Positions 9,304-22,161 of a stretch of DNA of 64,000 nt are shown piece by piece. The stretch is taken from positions 4,185 through 68,184 of the forward strand of contig CATJOY010000029.1 of NCBI GenBank assembly GCA_949741925.1, given 5' to 3'. Within the stretch, counting starts at the first letter, position 1; each line of letters begins with the position of its first letter. This DNA is from an uncultured Desulfovibrionaceae bacterium. Lineage in GTDB: Bacteria; Desulfobacterota; Desulfovibrionia; Desulfovibrionales; Desulfovibrionaceae. The position numbers and the translations under genes were made by a program. The notes under the pieces are model-generated. The model saw only the letters and a list, made by a program, of their open reading frames with translations. It ran no database searches and was not told where the DNA came from.

Positions 9304-9811
9304 CCCCCTATAATGGAGAAGCGGGAATGGAGATATATTCTCCGGAGCCGCGGGGTGTTTCATAAGACAGTGTAGTCGCTGCCTTTCCTTCTTGAAAAGG
9401 CGCATGGTTTTGTTCGGCAAAGAAGCCGGGAAAAGCGAGCAAAAGCAGAGATGTGTCGCTTCGGTTTTTCCCGGCTACGGTCGCCGGAGGAAAAGGCTGC
9501 TTGGGAGCAGAGCGAATCCGGCTGCTTCGTGCCTCTGCCATAAATTTTTTTCTCTTGTTTTTCTCTCCACGGCATACGCCGCCCTTCTGCCTTCTCCGCT
9601 TTGCCTTGTATTCTCAATTTTCCATTCTCGATTCTCTATTGTAAGGGGGAGCCGGAAGTTTTTTTCGGAGCGCGCAGCAAGGCCCCGAAAGCTATTGTGG
9701 GCAGATACCGAAAAAGGAGGACTTGTTTATTTTCTTTTTTGTGATAGCTCCGTTTTTTCTCGCGGTGTTCTTCGCGAGGGAACGTATTTTTTATTTGGAA
9801 GGAGTGGAACG

Positions 9812-10219
9812 ATGAAAAAACTTTTGTTTGCTGTGGCCATGGTGCTGGCGTTTGCGGTTTCCGCTGTCGCCGCTGTAAAGGAAGTTGGTCAGGTGACGGT
9901 TGATGTGCCCGCGGGCTGGACGACCCAGGTACAAGGCCCTGCCTCAATAGTGATTGCTCCTGATCAGAAAGCGGTGGTCACTGTGGCGCTTGCTCCCGCA
10001 TCGGGCGCCACGGCGCAGACTCTTGCCGAAACCGCTGCCAAGGGCATGAACGGCAAGGATCTTAAGGCTGATGGCGATGGCTGGGTATTTGCCTTTTCCC
10101 ACAGCGGCGCCACGGGCTCTGTCCGGACGAGCGTTCAGAATGATCAAGCTGTGATATGCACCATGATCGGGGAGAATCCCGAACTGATAAAGATCGCCAG
10201 GAGCGTGAAGCTGAAATAG
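9812..10219 (+). CDS. secreted hypothetical protein (135 aa) inserted between tolB and pal
   Basis: ATG at 9812 follows ggaaggagtgg. Sec signal MKKLLFAVAMVLAFAVSAVAA|V. No motif recognised. The longer ORF-track start at 9392 gives an implausible Arg/Cys-rich leader. Confidence 0.5.
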   Translation: MKKLLFAVAMVLAFAVSAVAAVKEVGQVTVDVPAGWTTQVQGPASIVIAPDQKAVVTVALAPASGATAQTLAETAAKGMNGKDLKADGDGWVFAFSHSGATGSVRTSVQNDQAVICTMIGENPELIKIARSVKLK

Positions 10220-10244
10220 GCGGTGTTTTGATCTGTTTTCATGT

Positions 10245-10286
10245 GAAAACCCTCGGTGGCATATGCCCCGGGGGTTTTCTTCTTTG
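10245..10286 (+). terminator. intrinsic terminator after the secreted ORF
   Basis: gaaaaccctcgg-tggcatatgcc-ccgggggttttc stem followed by the T-rich ttctttggg. Confidence 0.6.
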
Positions 10287-10524
10287 GGCGCAGCGCTTGG
10301 CGTTAGGTAGAGAGCGAGAGGTATTTTCGCGGTAACAGTTGCGTTCACAGAAAAGAGGAGAGATCCGCCATGATAAAGTGAATGCCGATCCAGCGGCTAT
10401 CGCTTGACAAATTTCCGGTCTTCAGTACACAGAAACAGCTTGCGCTGCCGGAAAAGCGCTTTCCGCCGTACCGGAACGCGAAAACATACTCCTGCAACGG
10501 CAGGATAATTTGGAGGTTCCGTTT

Positions 10525-11043
10525 ATGGTTAAAATTTTCAAACTCCTTGTGGTGAGTCTGGCCGTTCTGACCATCATGGCCGGCGCTGGCTGTTCCACGA
10601 AGGAAATCAAACCCGTTGAAGTTCCCCCGGCATATGATGACGGCTATACCGATTCCGGCTTGCCTGCGCTGACCGGTGAAGCGTTGGTTGCGGCTGATGA
10701 AATCACCAACGCCAGGATTTTCTTTGCTTTTGATAGCTTTGACATCCATCCTGATTCACGGCAGGTGCTGGCCCGCAAAGCGGAGCTTTTGAAGCGGCAT
10801 CCCCAAATCCGCGTGAGCATTCAAGGCCATTGCGACGAACGCGGCACCGAAGAGTACAACCTGGCTCTTGGTGAGCGCCGTGCCCGTGCAGCTTACGAAT
10901 TCCTGACCTTCAGCGGCGTTAATCCCGCCCAACTGGAGATGATCAGCAAGGGCAAGCTTGAGCCTGCCGTGCCCGGCCACAACGAAGCGGCCTGGGCGCA
11001 GAACCGGCGCGATGAATTTATTGTGCTCAATCCCCGCGGCTGA
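10525..11043 (+). CDS. pal: peptidoglycan-associated lipoprotein Pal (OmpA-like domain)
   Basis: ATG at 10525 lies 7 nt after ggagg. Signal with Cys (LTIMAGAGC|S). FDSFDIHPDS...HCDERGTEEYNLALGERRA...NRRDEF OmpA_C motifs. Confidence 0.9.
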   Translation: MVKIFKLLVVSLAVLTIMAGAGCSTKEIKPVEVPPAYDDGYTDSGLPALTGEALVAADEITNARIFFAFDSFDIHPDSRQVLARKAELLKRHPQIRVSIQGHCDERGTEEYNLALGERRARAAYEFLTFSGVNPAQLEMISKGKLEPAVPGHNEAAWAQNRRDEFIVLNPRG

Positions 11044-11072
11044 TTGAGATTATCCTTCAGAGATTACAATTC

Positions 11073-11103
11073 CCGGCGTCGATTTGACGCCGGTTTTTTT
11101 TTT
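11073..11103 (+). terminator. rho-independent terminator of pal
   Basis: ccggcgtc-gattt-gacgccgg followed by a run of 10 T. Confidence 0.85.
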
Positions 11104-11292
11104 GCAACAGAAAGGCTTGCCGGCGGGGAGGAAGGGAAGCCGGGGCGAGCTCCGGGAACAGGTAAAGACGATTCCCGGCGGCGTTCGCTCCGGCTGAAGC
11201 CGGGATAGCCTGCCCCTCAGGAGTTGAGAGCAGCATTACTGCGCCGTTGCCTCCTGCTGTTTAGGCCGGGCTGGCCCGCGCGATCGGGATGC

Positions 11293-12306
11293 TCAGGGTC
11301 TGATGCCGGAAACCAAGCCATCAAGCTTAGTCAGGAGCATATCCACTACAAAGCGGAGTTTTTGCGGCGGCAGGCCGAGGGCATCCCAGGCGGCCGGGCA
11401 CAAGGCGCCCAGGCAAGCCCCGGGGTCCAGAGTCAAGCCCAAACTGTTGGTCAGGAGGTCGGCAATATGTACCGCCGCGGCCTCCGGGTAGCGAACCGCA
11501 TCTTCTACATGGTGATGCCGGAGAATACTCATGACCAGGGGCTGCGGCATGTTCCAGCGGTGCATAAGCATGCCGCCGAGATGGGCGTGGTCGGATTGCA
11601 TCAGCTCTTTTTCCGCCTCATACTCGGGCTGATCGCAGGAGAGGCCGGAACGGTGCAGATACTGGCTGACCTTGGGCGCCGCGTAGGCGATGGCCAGCTT
11701 GCCGCAGTCGTGCAGCAGCCCGCAGACAAAGAGTTGTTCGCTTTCGGCCCGGCCTGTGTGCTTCCAGAGTTCCTGAGCGACGATGCCGGTGGCAATGCTG
11801 TGCCGCCAGAACCGGTTCATGTTGATGACCCCTTTGGGCAGCAGCACGGCCAGGGAATTGAGGCCGCCGGCCATGGCCAAAAGCTGGATTTGCTTGATTC
11901 CCACGAGAGAGATCGCCCGGGAGATCGTGGAAACCTTGGCGGAAAAACCATAGTAGGGGCTGTTGACCAGCTTGAGCACCCAGGCGGTCAACCCGGGGGC
12001 TTTGCCGATAACCCTGCCGATGTGCCGGGCGGAAGTGTTTTGGGCGTGGATGATTTCTTTCAGCTCCAGCAGGATGGCAGGCATGGGCGGCAAGCGTACC
12101 TCCATCTGGATGATATCCATGGGGTCGGGCGGCAAGGCTTTGAACGCGACGGGCTCTCCAGGGCGTCGGCAGGGTTCCTGAATGCCCCACTCGGAAGCCA
12201 GGGTAAACATGGCGTCAACAGCGGGGTGCCCCCGGCCCGCAAAACGGAAACGCTCTTCCAGCAGCTCCGTTTTCTGATCCGGAGAGAGGTCCTCAGCGTT
12301 CAGCAT
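11293..12306 (-). CDS. HDOD domain signalling protein
   Basis: VNSPYYGF...ISLVGIKQIQLLAMA...FWRHSIATGIVAQEL...FVCGLLHDCGKLAIA...DHAHLGGMLMHRWNMP is the HDOD pattern. Probable start is MLNAEDL (12306). Confidence 0.75.
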   Translation of the reverse strand: MLNAEDLSPDQKTELLEERFRFAGRGHPAVDAMFTLASEWGIQEPCRRPGEPVAFKALPPDPMDIIQMEVRLPPMPAILLELKEIIHAQNTSARHIGRVIGKAPGLTAWVLKLVNSPYYGFSAKVSTISRAISLVGIKQIQLLAMAGGLNSLAVLLPKGVINMNRFWRHSIATGIVAQELWKHTGRAESEQLFVCGLLHDCGKLAIAYAAPKVSQYLHRSGLSCDQPEYEAEKELMQSDHAHLGGMLMHRWNMPQPLVMSILRHHHVEDAVRYPEAAAVHIADLLTNSLGLTLDPGACLGALCPAAWDALGLPPQKLRFVVDMLLTKLDGLVSGIRP

Positions 12307-12391
12307 GATCAAAGATCTCCATAAAACGTTGGCGTCAGCGCAGCAGGCCCGGCAGGCCATATAGCACGGCCGGCCCTGTGCGAACGGCTTA

Positions 12392-12862
12392 TTACCAGAG
12401 TTCTTTCAGGCGGCGGATATCCTCCTCGGGCAGCTCCGGGGCCAGGTATTCCACGCGTACCGTGATGGCTGTGCCGCCGCGTACGTTGAAGATACCTTCC
12501 AGGCTGAGCCGGCGGGGCAACAGAACCTTGATCAGGTCATCGGCAATTTTGTTGGTGATACTTTCCATGAACGAGCCATGGTTCCGGTAGGCGGCCAAAT
12601 ACAGCTTGAAGGATTTTGATTCCACGCACCATTTGCCCGGGGCATAGCGCAGCTTGATGGTGGCAAAATCCGGCTGTCCTGTTTTGGGGCAGAGGCTGGT
12701 AAATTCAGGATGGAGGAATTCGATCAGGTAATCACGATCCGGGTACCTGTTCTCAAAAGCTTCCAGGATAGAGGCCGTGGGGTTTTCAAACACGAAGGAT
12801 GTCGGAGAGCCCAAGGTTTTCAACCCCCCGGCCTCCGAATTGAAAGTTTGATTTTTGGTCAT
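12392..12862 (-). CDS. queF: NADPH-dependent 7-cyano-7-deazaguanine reductase (type I QueF)
   Basis: EFTSLCPKTGQPDFATI and ESKSFKLYL...RNHG motifs, nearly identical in pattern to B. subtilis QueF. Confidence 0.9.
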   Translation of the reverse strand: MTKNQTFNSEAGGLKTLGSPTSFVFENPTASILEAFENRYPDRDYLIEFLHPEFTSLCPKTGQPDFATIKLRYAPGKWCVESKSFKLYLAAYRNHGSFMESITNKIADDLIKVLLPRRLSLEGIFNVRGGTAITVRVEYLAPELPEEDIRRLKELW

Positions 12863-13132
12863 GTATAGTTCCTTTAGGGGCTATTTAGACGAAAAGAATG
12901 CCGCGGCTGAGAAGACGGCCAGGCGAGGCAAACGGTTATAGGGCCCTTTCTCCAGTACAACAGCATTTCGGAAATGACCAGAGGCTCTTTGCCGGAGCGC
13001 GCCCCGGAGAGCGCTCCCCGCTCTTGGGGCAGATCCCGGTTTTGCGCGCCAGTTGATAGGAAAATTCTGAAAATAAAACGGGTTACAATAGCGCGTGGTA
13101 TTCTTGTAGGTAAGCCGAAATTTTATGCAAAA

Positions 13133-13161
13133 TAGACTTGGCCTTGCCTGCGGCTTATAGT
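13133..13161 (+). promoter_or_regulatory. candidate sigma-70-type promoter of por
   Basis: TAGACT (13133-13138), 17 bp spacer, TATAGT (13156-13161). This lies about 115 nt upstream of the por ATG. Found by eye only. Confidence 0.3.
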
Positions 13162-13227
13162 ATACGTATAGAGATTTATGCCTGAAGGGCATAAACATGC
13201 CCATGATGGTTGCGGCTCCTCATGTAA

Positions 13228-16833
<3,606 letters not shown>

Positions 16834-16840
16834 GGTGTGC

Positions 16841-16870
16841 GCCCCGGCGGTCTTCTGCCGGGGCTTTTTT
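16841..16870 (+). terminator. rho-independent terminator 8 bp after the por stop
   Basis: gccccggc-ggtcttct-gccggggc followed by tttttt. Confidence 0.75.
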
Positions 16871-16880
16871 ACAATCACGG

Positions 16881-16914
16881 CCGGGGGAAGGGGGTAAACG
16901 CTCCCTTCCCCCGG
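16881..16914. repeat. CCGGGGGAAGGG palindromic hairpin, related to the 3678-3729 palindrome
   Basis: ccgggggaaggg-ggtaaacgct-cccttcccccgg. The 12-nt arms are identical to the outer arms of the fadD-distal palindrome. Confidence 0.6.
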
Positions 16915-16956
16915 ACGCCCTTTCTTTTTCAAAAATTTTCCCGCAGGAGGAAACAG

Positions 16957-18645
16957 ATGGCACAATCCGTCTATATCATCGCCAGCGAATGCGGAAACGG
17001 TCTGTCCATGGTGGCCCTCGGCCTGATGCAGGCCATGGGCAAAAACGGCGGCACCGCGTTCTTCCGCCCGGTTATTGAAGACCCCAAGGCCGGACAGCCC
17101 GACCCCGCCATTGACCTGATCCGCAAGCACTTCGCTCTGGAACAATCCTATGAGGATTCTTTTGCCTTCACCATGTCCCAAGCCAGGGAACTGCTGGAAG
17201 GCGGCAAGCAGGAAACCTTTATCGATACCGTGTTGGATAAGTGCAAGGGGCTGCAAAAGAAGTACGGCTCTGTTCTCTGCCTGGGCACCAAGAATGACGA
17301 GGACTGCCTTTTTGAATTTGATTTGAACGCCCGTTTGGCCGCTGATCTCGGCGCTTCAGCCTTTCTGCTGTTGGGCGGCAAAACTGCAGACGGCATTGTC
17401 AAGGCGGGCGGTTACCGCCTGGCACAGTTGAGGGAGAAGGCCGTGGACGTTCTGGGCTGCTTCCTGAATTCCGCCGGTCTTGACGATGCCGGGCAACGAA
17501 AGGTGGCCGCAGGGCTTGCCCCCTGCCCGGTACGCGCGCTGCCTGTTGACGCCTCGCTGGCTCCGGATAAGGCGGTAGCGCTTTTTGCAAGCAACATGGA
17601 TCTGCAGGAACTCGCCCGGAGCATCGCAGAGCACCATTCGAGCATCGTTACCCCTAAGATGTTCGAGTACAGCCTTGTGGAGCGGGCCCAAAAGCATGCC
17701 ATGCGGATCGTTCTGCCGGAAGGTCAGGAAGAGCGTATTCTCAGAGCGGCGGAAATCCTCTGCCAGCGGCATGTTGCCCAAATAACCCTGCTTGGCGATG
17801 TGCCTGCTATTGAAGCCAAGATCAAAGACCTCGGTTTGACGATCGACGCGACTCTCATCGATCCTGAAAAGAGCGCCGATTTTGAAGACTATGTGGCCAC
17901 GTATGCGGAGCTGCGCAAGGCCAAGGGCGTAACCCTGGAAAAAGCCCGTGAGATCATGCGCGACGCTACCTACTATGGAACGATGATGGTCCACAAAAAC
18001 GCGGCGGACGGCATGGTTTCGGGCTCCATCAACACCACTGCCCACACTATCCGCCCCTCCTTTGAATTTATCAAGACCAAGCCCGGCGTATCCATCGTCT
18101 CCTCAACCTTTTTCGTCTGCCTCAAAGACAAGGTCATGGTCTTTGCGGATTGCGCCGTAAATCCCAACCCTACGGCGGAACAATTGGCTTCCATCGCTAT
18201 AAGCTCCGCCGAAACGGCCCAGATCTTCGGCGTTGATCCGAAAATTGCCATGCTTTCGTATTCCACCGGCACCTCGGGCAAGGGCCCGGATGTGGATATG
18301 GTGGTTGAAGCCGTGGCCATAGCCCGAGAGAAGGCTCCCGAGCTGCTTCTCGAAGGCCCCCTGCAATACGACGCTGCTGTGGATATGGGTGTTGCCGGCA
18401 CCAAGCTGCCGGGGAGTAAGGTTGCGGGCAAGGCTACTGTGCTTATCTTCCCGGATCTCAACACAGGCAACAACACCTATAAGGCGGTGCAGCGCTCGGC
18501 CAATGCCCTGGCCATCGGCCCTGTGCTTCAGGGGCTGAATAAGCCCGTCAACGATCTCTCCCGCGGGGCAACCGTGGCCGATATCGTCAATACCGTGGCT
18601 ATCACCGCCATTCAGGCCCAGGCGGAAAAAGGCCTGCTGGCGTAA
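16957..18645 (+). CDS. pta: phosphate acetyltransferase (long form with N-terminal regulatory domain)
   Basis: ATG at 16957 follows gcaggagga. C-terminal PTA_PTB domain: RIVLPEGQEERILRAAEIL, MVSGSINTTAHTIRP, FADCAVNPNP, NTGNNTYKAVQR. Confidence 0.9.
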   Translation: MAQSVYIIASECGNGLSMVALGLMQAMGKNGGTAFFRPVIEDPKAGQPDPAIDLIRKHFALEQSYEDSFAFTMSQARELLEGGKQETFIDTVLDKCKGLQKKYGSVLCLGTKNDEDCLFEFDLNARLAADLGASAFLLLGGKTADGIVKAGGYRLAQLREKAVDVLGCFLNSAGLDDAGQRKVAAGLAPCPVRALPVDASLAPDKAVALFASNMDLQELARSIAEHHSSIVTPKMFEYSLVERAQKHAMRIVLPEGQEERILRAAEILCQRHVAQITLLGDVPAIEAKIKDLGLTIDATLIDPEKSADFEDYVATYAELRKAKGVTLEKAREIMRDATYYGTMMVHKNAADGMVSGSINTTAHTIRPSFEFIKTKPGVSIVSSTFFVCLKDKVMVFADCAVNPNPTAEQLASIAISSAETAQIFGVDPKIAMLSYSTGTSGKGPDVDMVVEAVAIAREKAPELLLEGPLQYDAAVDMGVAGTKLPGSKVAGKATVLIFPDLNTGNNTYKAVQRSANALAIGPVLQGLNKPVNDLSRGATVADIVNTVAITAIQAQAEKGLLA

Positions 18646-18871
18646 GAGCATACTGATGAGTGGGAACGCCTATCGCAAGCGTTCCGCAGAGTCATGCCCC
18701 CTCTGTCATGCCGGGGCGTTTCGCGGCCCGCTCCCGAGGCCGCACGGCGGTAAGGATTGCCGCCTGTGCTCGGGGGCGGACTGCCTGTAAAAAAGCGTTG
18801 CAAACAGCTATGGTAAAGCCGCGTTACGGGCTTTCCCGCCGGAATTTGGTTTTACCGTAGGCGCACTTGCC

Positions 18872-18907
18872 ATGCCCCCGTCTTTACAAAAGGCGGGGGC
18901 ATTTTTA
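18872..18907 (+). terminator. intrinsic terminator 226 bp downstream of the pta stop
   Basis: atgcccccg-...-cgggggcat followed by tttttaa. Confidence 0.6.
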
Positions 18908-18987
18908 AGCCTTTGGCATCCAATATATTTTTACTTGAGTATCAACGGGCTTGCCGCAGCGTTCCCGGGTATTCTTCGCCCGACCTC

Positions 18988-19827
18988 TTATCCCACAACA
19001 AATAACAGCAGGGAGAAGGCCATAAGAGCCATGCCTCCACAAAAGCCGTAGATGCACAGGTGGTGTTCTCCGTACTCCTCTGCTGTGGGCAACAGTTCGT
19101 CAATGGAAATATAGACCATAATACCGGCAACTCCGGCGAACAAGAGGCCGAAGACCGCCGGAGAAAAGAAGGGCAGGATCAGCAGATACCCGACCAGCGC
19201 GCCCACAGGTTCAGCCAGGCCCGAGGCAAAGGAGTAGATAAAGGCTTTTCGGCGGCTGCCCGTGGCATAATAGATCGGGGCGGAGACCGCAATGCCTTCA
19301 GGAATATTGTGGATGGCAATGGCTATGGCAATGGCAAGGCCAAGCTGGGGTTCGGAAATGGCTGCCGTGAAGGTGGCCAGCCCTTCAGGAAAGTTGTGGA
19401 TGGCCAAGGCCAGCGCGGTAAAGATTCCCGTGCGCTTCAGGCTTTCCGGGTCGTGCTCCTTGCCGTGCACGACAAGATGCCGGGGCGCGTTCTCCATTTC
19501 TTCGATCAGCTTGGGTTCGTGAGGGTTCTCTCCCTCCGGCACGAACGTATCAATCAAGGCGATCAATGCGATGCCCGCAAAGAACGCCGCTGCTGCGGCC
19601 CAACTGCCGGGAACGAGGCCCCAGGCGTTGACCAGACTCTCGCGCCCCTGAGGCAAAATTTCCATAAAGGAGACATAGGTCATAACCCCGGCGGAAAAGC
19701 CGAGGCTGATGCACAAAAACCGGGTATTTGTCCGTTTGGCAAAAAAAGCCAGGAGCGAGCCTATGCCCGTGGCCAAACCGGCCAAGAGGGTGAGCATAAA
19801 AGCGAAAGCAAGCGTAGAAATATTCAT
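18988..19827 (-). CDS. zupT: ZIP-family zinc transporter ZupT (279 aa)
   Basis: Start MNISTLAF (19827). LAIHNFPEGLATF and AIAIHNIPEGIAVSAPIYYATGSRRKA match E. coli ZupT closely. The ORF-track start at 20217 adds a non-membrane Arg-rich leader and is rejected. Confidence 0.85.
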   Translation of the reverse strand: MNISTLAFAFMLTLLAGLATGIGSLLAFFAKRTNTRFLCISLGFSAGVMTYVSFMEILPQGRESLVNAWGLVPGSWAAAAAFFAGIALIALIDTFVPEGENPHEPKLIEEMENAPRHLVVHGKEHDPESLKRTGIFTALALAIHNFPEGLATFTAAISEPQLGLAIAIAIAIHNIPEGIAVSAPIYYATGSRRKAFIYSFASGLAEPVGALVGYLLILPFFSPAVFGLLFAGVAGIMVYISIDELLPTAEEYGEHHLCIYGFCGGMALMAFSLLLFVVG

Positions 19828-20232
19828 ATTCCGAAGATAGCGCTGCCGCCGGGTAAAGCCAAGTGAGAATGCAGGAAGCGCGCTGCATAATAAAATACCA
19901 ATCATTTTCTTACGGAGGGAGGGCCGCAGGGGGCTTTTGCTCGGAAAGAGTCCCCGGGCTAGGATGCTCTCTACTCGAGGCGTCGGAGGAACATTTTTGC
20001 CGTCAAGGAGTCTTTTTTCTCCTTCTTGCCTGAGAAACCAGTGGATATTTCGCAGAGAAAACAGCGTGGGAAACAGTCTTCGGAAACGGAGCGTTACGCA
20101 GGGAATTCTTGCATTATCTCCTAAGGTGTGCTTATTCTGCACAAAATTGACCAGCATAAGGCCGTGCAAAGGGCTGCCCCGGTGTGGTTGCCGGGCAGTT
20201 CCCCGGGCTCGGCGCAACCAGGCCGGGGGGGT

Positions 20233-21673
20233 TATGGCCGCGAATCGACCTGAAGAAGATGACGATATTTTTGATCTTGCCGCGGTTATGGCCGAGACTG
20301 GATCAGAAGATGATGATATTTTTGATCTTACCGACGTGGTAAATCAAGGAGCCGCATCCGGTCCAACCCCGGGGCCCGATGCCCCGCCCGCGGTGGGTGG
20401 TGGCTCCGGCGCTGATTTCGGCGCTGATCTGGACGCACTTCTAGATAGCCTGACCGGGGATACCTTGGCCCCGACTGAACCCGCCCCCGGGCAACCCGTG
20501 GCTCCTCCGCCGAGCGCCGCCCCCATTAAGGATCCGACGCCCGCGGATCACCCCGTGGATCCTCACGAAACCATTCCTGAAGCGGAAAGCTCCGATATAG
20601 ATTCTCTGTTGGCGGAACTCGGCATTGCGGAAAGCGATTCTCCCGCCCCCAAACCGGCCGCGGCGGCGGTTTCTCCCCAAGAGAGCAGGGATTCTGCCGC
20701 CAAACCCCGGCCCGTGCTTGATGATCTTCCTGAAGACCTGGCGGCGGTGATGGCGCCGCTCCCTCATCCGGCTTCTGATGGTTCGGAGGCGGGCCTCAAG
20801 GCCGCGGCGGCGAGGGCTCCCATTGCGATGGAGGAACTGCCTGATCTTTCGATGCCTCCCGCGGCCGCTTCGCGCGCCGGGGAAGCCGGGGCAGCCCCGG
20901 CCGCCTTTGAAGCGCCCGCGGCTTCTGCTCCTGCTTTTCCCGAGGATATTGCCGCTGCCTCTCCGGTCGCGCCCGGCGCGCCTCGCTCATCCGGCACAGA
21001 GGCTGAAAACATCGATTTGCACGGGCTGGATGCGCTGCTTGATACCATGCTTTCTTCCGCCCCGGCTTCGGGGCACGGCAGTGGCGCGGATGCTGAGAGC
21101 GAACACCGGGAGCCGCTCGCTCGAGCCGGAGGCCAGGACGCCGGGGGGGGAGGCAGACAGCCTGCCCTTGAGGCCGCTGCCGTGCCTTTGCCCGCCGCCG
21201 CGCAGGTCGGTACAGTCGGAACCTCTCCTGCTCCGGTTGCAGCGCCGCCCTTTGATCCGAGTGTTCTGGAAGGCAGGCTGGAGGTTCTGGATGAGGCCCT
21301 GAAAGCCGTGCGGGAGAATGTTACGGCTGTGCAGGGCAATGTAGGAGCTATACAGGAGAATATTAGGGCCGTTCAAGAAAATGTGGCGGAGGTCCAGGAA
21401 AACCTCAAAGGCGTCCAGGAGAACGTTACCGCCGCATCCCAGCGTTTCGTTCCCTCAGAAACGTTGGAGAAGAGGGTGGAAGCCCTGCTTGCCCCAGGTT
21501 CCCCGTTGCTGGCGGGCATCACTTCTGCCGTGCTTGGAGCCCTGGTTGAGGAGATACACAACGCCTCAGGCGGTGCGGGCAACGAATCCCTGCAAGCGGC
21601 TCTTGAAAAAATGACGGCTGCTGCCGCTGCGAAAATTATTCGTGAAGAATTGGTCAATCTAACCGAAAACTGA
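20233..21673 (+). CDS. acidic Pro/Ala-rich, probably disordered protein with a C-terminal heptad-repeat segment (480 aa)
   Basis: ATG at 20233 (MAANRPEEDDDIFDL). The DDDIFDL motif occurs twice and three D-x-D-(A/S)-LL motifs are present. Six 7-aa repeats run ENVTAVQ to ENVTAAS. No enzymatic motif was seen. Confidence 0.6.
21314..21439 (+). repeat. 6 x 21-bp imperfect tandem repeat inside the acidic protein gene
   Basis: gagaatgttacggctgtgcag / ggcaatgtaggagctatacag / gagaatattagggccgttcaa / gaaaatgtggcggaggtccag / gaaaacctcaaaggcgtccag / gagaacgttaccgccgcatcc. Confidence 0.9.
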
Positions 21674-22161
21674 AGGCGCTGCTTAGGTCTGTGCGCACAA
21701 AGGGCTTTTTGTTTCGCACAGACCGCGCCTGCTGCGTTACAAAGCGCTTTATTCCATCCTGCATTCGTGGATGCATCCTACAAAGAGTTTCTTTTCCTGC
21801 CGCTGCGCACAATGTTTTGAATGACCAGGCCGGGGACGCATTGCCGTCCCCAACGGCCTTTCCCCTGGAGCGCGTAAAACTTGCCCTTGCCATAGCGCAA
21901 GACAACTTTAGCCGCTCCCACTCTTGCGCTTCATAGTTTCCCAGGGGCGGCAGCCTCGACGAGTGTGCGCGGACATGATATACCCGAAAAAAAGGGGAGG
22001 GCTGAGCAGGTTTTTCCCTTTTTCCCGCCCGGTTTCCGCCACGGTGGCCGGGAGCCGTTCCCCAGGGCGGGTTTTTTCATTACGCCGCAACCTCTCGGTA
22101 ATAGCCTGCGGCGGAGCGCCGGACTCGGTCTGCTGCGGCGGGGCTTGTTTACGGGGGCTTC

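Noticed and set aside
11224-12324. 366-aa plus-strand ORF competing with the HDOD gene
   Set aside because: The minus frame shows the HDOD pattern (GLLHDCGKL and others). The plus frame is Gly/Arg/Gln-rich with no motif.
12863-12960. preQ1 riboswitch upstream of queF (the region upstream of the VUT transporter, 36930-37020, was also examined)
   Set aside because: Neither leader shows the short hairpin plus conserved CCC and A-rich tail of preQ1-I, or the features of classes II/III. Only generic hairpins are present.
18660-18860. 66-aa ORF between pta and its distal terminator
   Set aside because: The translation is Arg/Ala-rich with no RBS and no motif. The region is more likely an untranslated 3' sequence.
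19937-20232. N-terminal extension of the acidic protein ORF (578-aa version)
   Set aside because: The extension is Arg/Cys/Ser-rich, unlike the rest of the protein. It would overlap the zupT promoter region. The ATG at 20233 starts the acidic sequence cleanly.
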